From Botryllus schlosseri (Eukaryota): a stretch of DNA of 64,000 bases. Each line of letters starts with the position of its first letter. Position 1 is the stretch's first letter. Position numbers and translations under genes: made by a program. This document shows, piece by piece, positions 25,699 through 37,382 of this stretch. The notes below the pieces were generated by a model that was not told where the DNA came from, ran no database searches, and was given only the letters and a program-made list of their open reading frames with translations. The DNA lies in the NCBI GenBank assembly GCA_051294905.1, contig CM119371.1:28770001-28834000 (forward strand), given 5' to 3'.

Positions 25699-27019
25699 CC
25701 ATCGGCCTGCTTACTACATTTTAAATATTCTCTCCACTATTGTGTATACAACAATATACTTCTCTTAGTAAGCAATTTCTCGTGAATTCCGAAGCACATT
25801 GACACGTGTTAACTTCTATATTCGGTGATAGTATCATTTTCATGTCTGATAATGTTACTTGTCAAGGTGATACAAACGTAAGCTCAAACTACTTTAAAAT
25901 TTAAAGTCTTACCAAATTTTATCTAACACTGAAACTGTCGAGTACCGATAAAGTACTCTAAAACCTAGTCACTTTTTACGTGGAGGGAGAACATAGCGAA
26001 GTACTTGTAAATTTGCAGTACTTAAGTATAGGTTTGGCCTGCTTGCGCTATACTTAATGAAGTGATTACCTATTTACACTGCATCTACTTCTATTTCAGA
26101 GTTTTTCGCTTTTTCGAGCAAACTATACCTCAATACTTACTTTTTAACTAACTGGGAAATCATTACTTCTTGTACTTTAGTAGGACTTTACTGCTACAAT
26201 GTACTTTTTTCAGTGGATCACTGGTCTTGGTGAGTGTTGTCAGTTTCATCTATATCCTACGAAAAGCAACTTGAGTACTTCACGGGTTCGTATCATCGCA
26301 AATAATATATTCTAAACATGTTTAGATAGCGAGGAGTTGTAATTATAGGTGAAAGGGACAAATTTTATCTAAAACTGTAACTGTAAAGTACCGATAAAGT
26401 AGTCTAGAGTATTTTTTATGTTTATTCAGCTCAACGAATATCTTCATTTGGCCTGCTTTCTACATTTTAAAGATTTCTACGCTAGAAAAATCGCTGTAAC
26501 ATGATAAGTATATTATAATTAATCTTATCAGCGCGGCATAGTACATTCGAGTAAATTCATTAAATTAGCTTATGTTTATGAAATTATTTGGTTTCCGAAT
26601 TCTATCTGAAACTGAAACCGACGAGTATCGGTAAAAGCAGTCTTAAACCGTAGACACTTATTACGTGGAGGGAGGCGATAGCGAAGTACTCGTGCATTTT
26701 GTACTACTCAAGTATAGGTTTTATCTGCTTGCACTAAACTTAATTAAGTGATTAACTATTTACACTGCATCTACTTCTATTTCAGAGTATTCGGTTTTCA
26801 GGTAAACTATACCTGCAATACTTACTTTTTAACTCACTCGGAAATCATCACGTCTTGTACTTTACTAGAAATTTACTGCTATTAAATGTTGAAATGTACT
26901 GTTTTCAGCGGTCTTGATGAGTGGTGCTAGTTTCATCTATATCCTACGACGCATTTTCTCGAGTGGGGTGTTATAGGAAGCAAGACGAATCATTGTAAAA
27001 GTGTTGAAACTTAATTACA

Positions 27020-29950
27020 TATGTAATTCCATCACTAAAGTTGATCACGCATAGGTACGTGCTACGCTCCCGCAAACAGATTCACGCGAAGTTGGTATAG
27101 AACTGCGTTAGTTTTAAAGGTGTTCCATCATGAAATGTGTGATGAAATTTGATGTGTTCCATTGTCATACTGCCCTACACCTGTGAACCAATCTTCAAGT
27201 TGCGCATTCAATGTTTAGCTCGGTAATTCCGTTATGAAAGTTGAGTATGCATATAGGTACGTGCTACGCACTCGCAAAAGTCGGTATGGAACTGCGTTAG
27301 TTTTAAAGTTGTTCAATCATGAAATGCGTAACAAAATTTGACATGGTGCATTGTCATAATGTCTTACAACTGCATACCGAGTTTCAAGGTGGGGAGTCGA
27401 TTATTAACATGCTAAATCCGTTATTAAAGTTGACTATGTATAGGTACGTGCTACGCTACGGAAAAACAGATTTAGCCAAAAGTCTGTATAGAACTGCGTA
27501 GGTTTTAAAGGTGTTACATCATGAAATGTCTGAAGAAATTTGGTATGGTGCATTGTTATTATGTCCTACAACCGCGTATCAACGTTCAAGGTGAGAATTT
27601 AATGTTTAGCATGCTAATTCTGTTATTAAAATTGACTATGTATGGGTATATGCTATGTTCACGAAACACAGATATGCGTAAAAGTTGGTATTCGACTGCG
27701 ATAGTTTCAAAGGTGTTCCATCATTAGATGTGTGATGAAATTTAGCATGGTGAATTGCCATAATGTTCTATAACTACGTATCAAGTTTCGAGTTGGGGTT
27801 CAATGTTAAGCATGGTAATTCCGTTATTAAAGTTGGCTACGTGCTATACGCTCCCACAAAACAGATGTACGCAAAAAGTCGATGTAGAGCCGCGTTAGTT
27901 TTAAAGTTGTTCCATCATGAAATGTGTGATGGGATTTGGTATGGTGCATTGTTATAATCTCCTATAACCGCGTACCAACTTTCAAGGTGGGAATTCAATG
28001 TTTAACACGGTAATTCTGCTATTAAAATTGACTATGTATAGGTATATGCTATGTTCGCGCAAAACAGATATGCGTAAAAGTCGGTATTCGACTGCGTTAG
28101 TTTTAAAGGTGCTCCATCATTAGATGTGTGATGAAATTTAGCATGGTGCATTACCATAATGTCCTACAACTACGTATCAAGTTTCGAGTTGGGATTCAAT
28201 GTTAAGCATGGTAATTCCGTTGTTAAAGTTGACTATGTATAGGTACGTGCTATACGCCCCCACGCAAAACAGATGTACGCAAAAAGTCGATGTAGAACCG
28301 CGTTAGTTTTAAAGTTGTTCCATTATGAAATGCGTGAAGAAATTTGGTATGCTGCATAATCACAATGTCCTACAACTACCTACCAAGTTCCAAGGTGAGG
28401 AGTCACATATTAGCATGATAATTCTGTTATTAAATCTGACTATGTATATGTACACACTACCGAAAACAGATTTAGGCAAAAGTTGCTATAGAACTGCGTT
28501 AGTTTTAAAGTTGTTCCATCATGAAATGTGTGATGAAATTTGGTATGCAGCATAATCACAATGCCCTGGAGCTCATTCAGATACGTTTTTTAATTTAGTT
28601 ATACATTCTAGTTGTTTTGATGTAAGGAGAAAATCATTCGATAACTCGATACAGCTACTTTAACACGCGTTGATGTAACTTTCCTCATTTGTATGCATGC
28701 ATAGCCTACGCGAAATTGGTTACCGAATTTTTCGATTAGTTTATATTCCGTATTTTATTTAAAACTAAGTCGATTATTAACATGCTAAATCCGTTATTAA
28801 AGTTGACTATGTATAGGTACGTGCTACGCTACGGAAAAACAGATTTAGCCAAAAGTCTGCATAGAACTGCGTTGGTTTTAAAGGTGTTACATCATGAAAT
28901 GTCTGACGAAATTTGGTATGGTGCATTGTTATTATGTCCTACAACCGCGTATCAACGTTCAAGGTGAGAATTTAATGTTTAGCATGCTAATTCTGTTATT
29001 AAAATTGACTATGTATGGGTATATGCTATGTTCACGAAAAACAGATATGCGTAAAAGTTGGTATTCGACTGCGATAGTTTCAAAGGTGTTCCATCATTAG
29101 ATGTGTGATGAAATTTAGCATGGTGGATTGCCATAATGTTCTATAACTACGTATCAAGTTTCGAGTTGGGATTCAATGTTAAGCATGGTAATTCCGTTAT
29201 TAAAGTTGGCTATGTATGGGTAGGCTACGTGCTATACGCTCCCACAAAACAGATGTACGCAAAAAGTCGATGTAGAGCCGCGTTAGTTTTAAAGTTGTTC
29301 CATCATGAAATGTGTGATGGGATTTGGTATGGTGCATTGTTATAATCTCCTATAACCGCGTACCAACTTTCAAGGTGGGAATTCAATGTTTAACACGGTA
29401 ATTCCGCTACTAAAATTGACTATGTATAGGTATATGCTATGTTCGCGCAAAACAGATATGCGTAAAAGTCGGTATTCGACTGCGTTAGTTTTAAAGGTGC
29501 TCCATCATTAGATGTGTGATGAAATTTAGCATGGTGCATTACCATAATGTCCTACAACTACGTATCAAATTTCGAGTTGGGATTCAATGTTAAGCATGGT
29601 AATTCCGTTGTTAAAGTTGACATGTATAGGTACGTGCTATACGCCCCCCACGCAAAACAGATGTACGCAAAAAGTCGATGTAGAACCGCGTTAGTTTTAA
29701 AGTCGTTCCATTATGAAATGCGTGAGGAAATTTGGTATGCTGCATAATCACAATGTCCTACAACTACGTACCAAGTTTCAAGGTGAGGAGTCACATATTA
29801 GCATGATAATTCTGTCATTAAATCTGACTATGTATATGTACACGCTACCGAAAACAGATTTAGGCAAAAGTTGCTATAGAACTGCGTTAGTTTTAAAGTT
29901 GTTCCATCATGAAATGTGTGATGAAATTTGGTATGCAGCATAATCACAAT
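27020..29950. repeat. Right-arm ~200-bp array (about 14 units), enlarged by a 1.37-kb tandem duplication
   Basis: 27395-28767 is repeated from 28768 to ~30155. The first copy lacks 15 nt present in the second copy and in the left arm. Confidence 0.9.
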
Positions 29951-30369
29951 GCCCTGGAGCTCATTTAGATACGTTTTTTAATTTAGTTATACATTCTAGT
30001 TGTTTTGATGTAAGGAGAAAATCATTCGATAACTCGATACAGCTACTTTAACACGCGTTGATGTAACTTTCCTCATTTGTATGCATGCATAGCCTACGCG
30101 AAATTGGTTACCGAATTTTTCGATTAGTTTATATTCCGTATTTTATTTAAAACTGAAACTGTTAAGTATTACTTAAAGTGTTATAAAATGTGAAAAAGTG
30201 TACAAGTAGAAATATTATTATGTCATGAACAAGTAGTTTACAAATTCATACGTTTTTTCTTGTTGCGTTCCGGGATATAATGTAATTTTTCGCTCTTTTT
30301 TATTTTTTATTTTTTTAATAAAATTAGTATTCATTTTACAAAAAACGTCGTGTAAAGATAAAGTACTTG

Positions 30370-30574
30370 AACACTAAACCCGTAACACAGTGGCGCAATA
30401 GCCCAGATCAGTCCAAGCTTAGGAGAGTAGATGACTTCTGCAGTGCCATTCAGTGCTCCACCGCCGATCCAAGATGCTGCATATATGTCAAACATACACG
30501 CGATCAATATCAATCTATTATACTGAGTTTTGGCATCGGTTTCAATAACCTGTCATTGTGCAAATTCCTAATGG
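30370..30574 (-). pseudogene. SLC5A7: Mirror copy of the SLC5A7-like fragment
   Basis: Reverse complement of 22421-22625. Confidence 0.85.
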
Positions 30575-32217
30575 TCTTAGTATGAACCGACATGCATTCG
30601 ACTTGTGGAAAAATGTGTCGCACACTATTTCACCGAGATTACAACCCTTTCACGGTTCACAACTTGATATATCAACTTCACAGGGTAGTTCGGATTCTCA
30701 GGTAGACTTGAATCGTGATCCGGATCTCGGAATATAGTAAAATCGGGGTATGTAGTTTAATTACTCACTCACTACTCTATATGTTGGTGGTGGTCATACC
30801 CTGCAAACTTTTTTTTTGCTGCGAACGTAGTGTTTCACCTTACATCAGTTGGTTCAATGTATGTACCGGGTTGTGAAAACTGTCGCTGTTTTGACTATGT
30901 GTCACAATCAATACTAAATACGAGAATTCGTTACTCGTCGAAACGCCGCAGTCAGACATCGTTAACAGCGATTCCGTGTATGACAATCTTGAGTTCAATT
31001 GCGGTTTTGTGATGTTAACCAAGCGGCTGTGTTTCTGTGGTGTGAAGACTGAATTCATGTTGTTTCCCCGCAAGAGTGCGATGTCTATTTCACACCTAGA
31101 GCAATTATAAAACGCATCTTCGAAACTTTTGATCTAGTTCATCCGCTTGCATTTCGAAACGGACCATCACGACAAGACTCTCAATTTTTTGCATAAATGA
31201 ATGAATTTGATCAATTATATTTGTCCTTTTGGTTTATTTGTAATAAAATTAGTATACATTATACAAAAACGCCGTGTAAAGGTAAAGTACGAATACAAGT
31301 ACAAGTTGAGATTAAAAGTAAGTAGGTGTTTATGTTCGTAGACTAACCCCACTTCTACGTAACGATTTTTCAGTAAGTAGTTATGTTTCAAGGCTACTTT
31401 TACTTCTATTTAACGAGTTTTCATACAAATCTGCTTTCTTTAATAACTTTCATCTTTTTCATCAGTGAGCGAAGGTAATACCGGTGTTAACTCCATGGTC
31501 AGATGCGAGATAACAGCGACTCAGAGCTCATTTAGATACCTAAGCTACTTTTAAATTAGTACTCGAGTATTGCTGCAATTATACCGCCAGATAGTTATAG
31601 CCAGAGGGTTTCGATGCTGAGGTACTTGTACAATGCACATTTTGGAGAGATTAAGTAAAGCAATGCTCTCAGATAAATCCATTAAATTAAGGTAGAAGTA
31701 GCTATTTACGAATAAAAGTTAGTATTCTAGTTCTATATTTCTGTTTAATACTGAAAATGTCATGAAGTTGAAGCAATCTGAAATCATAAGCACTTTAGTA
31801 TTAGCTACAGGTACATATACGCGAAAAGCTACTTTAGTATTCTGATGGAGTGCAAATACTTGTTTACTTATCAACTTTGAAGGCTTGCGCAGTTTGTGGT
31901 GTGATACGCAAAATTAGTGTGTTCAAATCAGACATGTCGTAAACATAGTGATGTTGCATTAGTCCTAAACACACATGATAGAATATCAAGGAAAAGTATC
32001 ATCTAACGTATAATGAATGTTATTTATTTCTCGGAAGCACGTCATTATCAAAACATAGTGATCGGAATTATCGCAGAGCAATACCGATTTTGCGTAAATT
32101 CCGTTATGCGTCTTACTACGTTACTAGGGATTATGTAGTTAGTTACGAAATTAGGTGTGTGGGCCTATCATTCGATTGGTACCAAGCACATTTTTCGATG
32201 GTGCATAGCTCAATATC

Positions 32218-32253
32218 TATATAAAGCATACTGATCATGAGAGTATATCAATT
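32218..32253 (+). promoter_or_regulatory. TATA box plus Inr-like motif upstream of the BIR ORF (mirror 20742-20777)
   Basis: tatataaa at 32218-32225, tcaatt 30 nt later at 32248-32253, ATG at 32263. Confidence 0.55.
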
Positions 32254-32262
32254 CGGATAGCA

Positions 32263-32844
32263 ATGTCGAACATTGATCAAAGCGATTCTCTAACTAAGCG
32301 TAGTGTGGATCCTACAAATTACGCTACATTCAACTGCGCTTGCATCGGTACCACGAGTAGCATAGAAATAAGCGAAGATGAAACTCGGATGAGTCCCATT
32401 GAACAGTACCAAGCTATGATAAATAACAGAGGGGAAAAGATTTATGAATGCTATGCGAAGCATGGAGATGTAACTGTCTCCCCATTGAATGATCCCGTTT
32501 TCTATAACATGGTACGCTATGCTCGTAGACTAAGCACATTTATGCGGTGGCCGGATAATATCAATACCTCCGGAGCCGAGCTCGCAGACTGCGGATTGTT
32601 CTATTTGGGCTATAAGGATCATTTAAAGTGTTTCTCATGCGGAGGGCTGTTTCAAAATTGGTTGCCGTGCGATGACCCCTGGCTCGAACATGCAAAGTTT
32701 TATCCTACGTGTCCTTTTCTCATAAAGCGCAAGGGGTTGCAATATATTCGTAATGTCTGTTATGCGACACCTAATATAAGAAGAGGCTTGACTAAATTTG
32801 ATGGTGAAGTGGAATTGCGTGATGACTGTTGTACTTATGTATGA
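32263..32844 (+). CDS. Single-BIR IAP-like protein, 193 aa, right-arm copy
   Basis: Same protein as the left copy except HGDV versus HRDV. Confidence 0.93.
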   Translation: MSNIDQSDSLTKRSVDPTNYATFNCACIGTTSSIEISEDETRMSPIEQYQAMINNRGEKIYECYAKHGDVTVSPLNDPVFYNMVRYARRLSTFMRWPDNINTSGAELADCGLFYLGYKDHLKCFSCGGLFQNWLPCDDPWLEHAKFYPTCPFLIKRKGLQYIRNVCYATPNIRRGLTKFDGEVELRDDCCTYV

Positions 32845-33343
32845 TATTTCTTTTCAAAGAATGAGTCTAGCAATCCGTGGAGATACTATTCTGCCCCAGG
32901 GGCCCTATAGAAAAGACTTGTATCTTTTTAATGACATCACAAAATTACGTATCGAAGCCTCGAATGGAGCAGAATTGACCTCGGATCAAATCTTTGTACA
33001 TTCCACAAGTGGGACCATTCAGAAATATCGAGCCACTCTGAAGCATGAAGGAGGTTTGGTCGTTACGTATACTCGCGATGGGATCGAGCATTATCAACCT
33101 CTGAATCCGGCTGATGAATTTGTCATCTATTCGCCCAGCGTAGTTGTTCCTAATCCTGACCTTCCGCTCGTATCGTATATACTACAAGCCAGTGATCGCT
33201 ACATCAAACAAAACGGCCAGATCGAACGCAAGAACTCGGATCGCGGCGTCGGATGGCAGCAAAGCGGTGTACCTCGAAACATCAACCGACCTGGAGGATT
33301 TCAGAACGCGAATCGACGCAATAACGATCAGCGATATCATTGA
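32837..33343 (+). CDS. Orphan ORF2, right-arm copy (possible starts ATG 32801, 32837 or 32861)
   Basis: Overlaps the BIR stop (ATGTATGA at 32837-32844). AATAAA at 33360-33365. Differs from the left copy at DQIFV versus DQLFV. Confidence 0.6.
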   Translation: MYDISFQRMSLAIRGDTILPQGPYRKDLYLFNDITKLRIEASNGAELTSDQIFVHSTSGTIQKYRATLKHEGGLVVTYTRDGIEHYQPLNPADEFVIYSPSVVVPNPDLPLVSYILQASDRYIKQNGQIERKNSDRGVGWQQSGVPRNINRPGGFQNANRRNNDQRYH

Positions 33344-36300
33344 TATGCTCTTTTTACGAAATAAAATGAACTCGTACACTATACAAGGCTATTTCAATGA
33401 GACTGAGTAAAGTGTTAGGAGATATGAAAAGCGCTTAATCGTATGAAATGCGGCGACTACAGGGATCGAACCTAGAACCTAGAGCAAGATAGTTGCCTAA
33501 TTCTTCTGTGGTGACGTTATGAAATCTAGTTCAACGTTTAGTGTATTACGCGAGAATTCATGTTCTCAAAAACAGCTCAGTACGCATAATCATGATGATG
33601 TAGCAATGGGCGTTATATAGGCGAGTGATGTGGCAATGCGCGTGGCTGATGACGTATCAAATGATGTAGCAATGGGCGTGGCTGATGATGTGGCAAGGGG
33701 CGTCCTATAGGTGTGGCAATGGGTGTGCTATAGGTGCGGCAATGGGCGGATGATGTGGCAATGTAGGCGTGACAATTAAGGCGACGTGGTCTTCTGGGAT
33801 TGGCGGGCGCCAAAGTTCCTTAGCCTCACTACTCCCTGCATTAATTCGATTTTTGGTACGCATTTTATCAATATTTTAATAAGTTTCTTTAGACTCTCGC
33901 GGGCCGCACAGAACGGTGTTGCGGGCCGTAGTTTGCCCACCCCTGCTCTATAATCTATCTTGGTTTACCTTACGAAATACTTTTGAGTCACTTTCGAGTA
34001 GCCTACGCTCCCCACCCTATTAGGGAGTTTGGGGTGCGGCAGTTAAAGACCTGGTAAGAATGCAAATCGTTGGGTGCGATAAATCATCCCCTATAAGGTT
34101 GGGCAATGGGTACATTATGAATTAACAAGCGAATGACGCATGATGTAGAAAGTTGATATCTCATTAGGCCTTTTCATCGCAATCCATATATTGTCTGCCA
34201 ATATATCTTCTAAAATTATGGTCCTAAGAAACAAAATGAATGTAATCGTGAGTAATCGTGATTCCTTTTCCAATGTAATCGTAATCGTAATCGACTGCTT
34301 CCTGATTTTGCTGTAATCGTAATCGCAATCGATTACATTCATGAAGTAATCACCCCATGTCTATGGTTCACACACAGAGAACGAACGTGAACCTCACGTT
34401 CACACCATCCCTAATAGTTATATAACGTGTATTCAAACTTTCTTCGCGTTTCGCGCGATTTATTGCCACATACTATCTTGATATCAGCATGGGTAGCCAT
34501 AGGCTACTAGCCTAGTCTTCCCCCAATGAAAATACGCATAATTTATAGGGATAGGCATTTCGGCATCCGGCATTACCACGTCACGACATACTAAGACGTT
34601 GACAACGACGTTTCAGCCAACATGCGGCTCTTCGAAATGTACTGCGAAAAAGCTCGGCGGCGAGGGAACCTTGGCTGGAAAGGACCGAGTCATGTTGGCC
34701 GAAACCGATATATAATATTGAATTTTCCCTTGTCCATAGACGCTTGAATGGCTGGCGCCTAATGTTCTTGTCCTGGCAATCTGAGCCCCACATTATAATT
34801 GCCACCCATAGAGATAAATCATCCACTCCGTGAAGAAATATAACTTCTTAGTCAACACCACAGCAGTATTATTATAAAGTGGATTTTAGCCAACGCAAGA
34901 GGATTCCCCGTAAAAATCTAGAATTAGCAGTTTCTAGTCCGGTGATGTAACTCTTTTCTGGATCCCAAATTAATAATGCTCTATTACACTCGAAGAGTTT
35001 TCGGGTGCCTCTTTTCAAGAGTTATCGGTACACTAATTACCATTTAGGTGAGAACCTCTCCTGTGCACAGAACTCTCATGATGACATGCACAGCACACGA
35101 GATGTCGATTATCGAGACCGATACTTGGAACTTTACAGATTATCGATATCGGCCTATGATGGCTGATATCGCGGCCGATATTTCATGTTAAAAAAAATCA
35201 AAAACTAAACTTGCAGGTCAAACCGCTGAGAATACATGCTGAGCTTCCTGCATTACAACTTACTTCTACTGGACTGGGCTGCATTTCTGCATCACGTTTT
35301 GAATTTTTGGGTAGCCTAAATTTCAATGAATGTGCAAAATTCAGCAACAATTCTTTCCGATTTCAGTTTTGCTTGCTTGTTGTATGCATACAGCTTTTTG
35401 TGGCATGTACAAGTGCCATCTTGCCCAATATATAATATTTTTGGAGGAAATGGTTCTCTACTCCTTCCATAATATCGGCCTATCGGTTATCGGCGATGTG
35501 AGTGTGTCGATAATAGGTATCGGTATCGGCCTGCAAAATCAATATCGGTCGACCTCTATTGCTCACTGTTATTAAGCCCATTTGCATGGCCGATTGGGTC
35601 AGCTTCGAAGCTGACTCGTCAATCCGACTCCCTCATTTTCGAAAAAGGGAAAAAGGCAAATTGCTACCACCATCTTGAGCCAAATCCGTTTCGCGCAGAC
35701 TGTGAGGCGGCTTGAGCAATAGCAGTGCAATAGCAGAGCAATAGCTCCCGACTCTACCATTTCTACCAACATTTATAAAAATAAAATCACGAACTCGGCA
35801 CCCATCTGGTTGAAAAGAAGAGCCATATCATTGCATGATACTGATGTTCCAACGATATGCACGTGGTCTTATTTGCTAAGCGTGACGGATTATGAAGCGA
35901 GTATAGCAAATTAGCAAACCATATAACTTGCACAGCTCAGCATCAGGGAAATACGCAAGATGTGCTACGTTATTCTGGAAATGCGAAAACTATTCGGATT
36001 ATTGAACTTGCGTAGCATAATCCCCTAGCTTAATCCCAGACGGCTGTATCACTAGATTGGTTATCTATAGTATCACTTGAGCTGTGACAACTTTTGCCTA
36101 TGAAATTGTAAACTCAATCGAATTTTCAGCACTTCGGTCAGCCGTCACATGACGTCACTCCAACACGACTTAGCTCCGAGACGACCTCACCATGTAAATA
36201 TGGGCTTATTTGGGTTTGCCAAATTTTGGAAATCTGAAAAGTGGACACTTTTTCAAATTTTTCAGACTTGCAATCCCGAATAAATGGTAAAAATGTTTCC

Positions 36301-37159
36301 CACTTCGTGGTCTGTTGACCATAAAAAATAAGGTCAGCTTTCCGGCTCAACTCCCGAAATAGCCGCCGGTGCGTCACTTCAGCGCTGATTTCCGGTATCT
36401 CAGTCGAATTTTGCCCTATATTTAACCAGAATCCTCGAAAAAGAGGATGAAATCTCAAAATAGAGGACATTGTGCGTCTTCCGAGGACACTTTCAAAAAT
36501 GTCAAAAAATAGGGTGTGTGGCAGAGGTCTCTAACTCAAATTTGCTCGCAGGCCAATTTCCTAGTTTTTGATGACGCCGCGGGCCGCAGCATCAATAATA
36601 GGGATATTCAATGTATAATTGCCAAGGAGGCCATATGTGACGGTACCATGCAGACAGGTATTCCAGAAACATCGTGGAAATTTAATTTACTAATTTACTA
36701 TTTTACTATTCACGCTTGACACGGTAAAAAATCACATTTTCAAATATTTGAATAAAATTGCTTTTGTGCCGGGCATAATTTTTTTTAATTAATGAGTTCT
36801 AGACATCATGCGAGAGGATGACATCGTAAAACTGTCGGGTTGCAATATAGCAGCTAGTGGAACTTTGACGTACCACAATTTTATGTAGAATATTTTAAAA
36901 TATACTGAAGATTGATCTGATATCAGAGCCTTTTAGCGGTATTGCCTAATCCTGCTTTTGATATAGTCGTGAAAAGTATCGGCTATTGTTACTGTCATTG
37001 CCCAAGTCAAATTAGATCATCGTTAGATTCTGCCTTCGATATTATTGGAACATATCAATAACAACTTGAGTATAATCATTATTGAGCCATAGTAATGTCA
37101 TTGCTTTTTAGCGCTCGTACCCCTTGTGCTTCCAATAATATTTCTTGTAGCCCCCGTGC

Positions 37160-37382
37160 ATTTTCAACACAATTTCTGATGGTAGCCTACCTATATTAAA
37201 ATCAGAAAGCCCATTCACATAAAATCGCGCGTAGCGTCCAAGCGGCGAAGGACTGATTGGTGTTACACCTGTATTTCAACACAATTTCTGATGGTAGCCC
37301 AACTATACAAAATCAGAAAGCCCATTCACATAAAATCGCGCGTAGCGTCCAAGCGGCGAAGAGCTGATTGGTGTTACAGCTG
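37160..37382. repeat. 111-bp tandem duplication
   Basis: tttcaacacaatttctgatggtagcc...gattggtgttaca occurs twice at an offset of 111. Confidence 0.85.

Larger units (their letters stand above)
19162..33833. mobile_element. Giant palindromic non-autonomous element with Polinton/Maverick-like ends
   Basis: Left arm 19162-25572 is the reverse complement of right arm 26050-33833, which has an extra 1373-bp duplication. Termini are AGTAGT and ACTACT, flanked by ccctgc at 19156-19161 and 33834-33839. No pPolB, integrase, ATPase or capsid ORF was seen, so the family assignment rests on the ends only. Confidence 0.8.
18630..33945. mobile_element. hAT-type MITE split by the palindromic element (halves 18630-19161 and 33834-33945)
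   Basis: TIRs caggagtgggcaaact and agtttgcccacccctg. Perfect 8-bp TSD ctctataa at 18622-18629 and 33946-33953. A sibling copy lies at 58938-59930. Confidence 0.88.

Noticed and set aside
23045..29950. CRISPR-like array or repeated small genes (MKC..KFGM ORFs)
   Set aside because: Units are similar along their full length with no unique spacers and there are no cas genes. The ORFs are incidental translations of the tandem repeat.
33144..33410. Third overlapping ORF of 88 aa (mirror 19585-19851)
   Set aside because: It has a non-ATG start, lies mostly within ORF2 in another frame and runs through the polyA signal.
19162..33833. Palindrome as a fold-back read or assembly artefact
   Set aside because: The arms differ by substitutions and a 1373-bp duplication, there is a unique spacer, and the outer flanks are non-mirrored halves of one MITE with two nested TSDs. 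Read-level confirmation is still advisable.
33826..33833. CACTA-superfamily element (cactac near the end)
   Set aside because: The orientation is reversed, since CACTA elements start with CACTA, and the TSD is not 2-3 bp.
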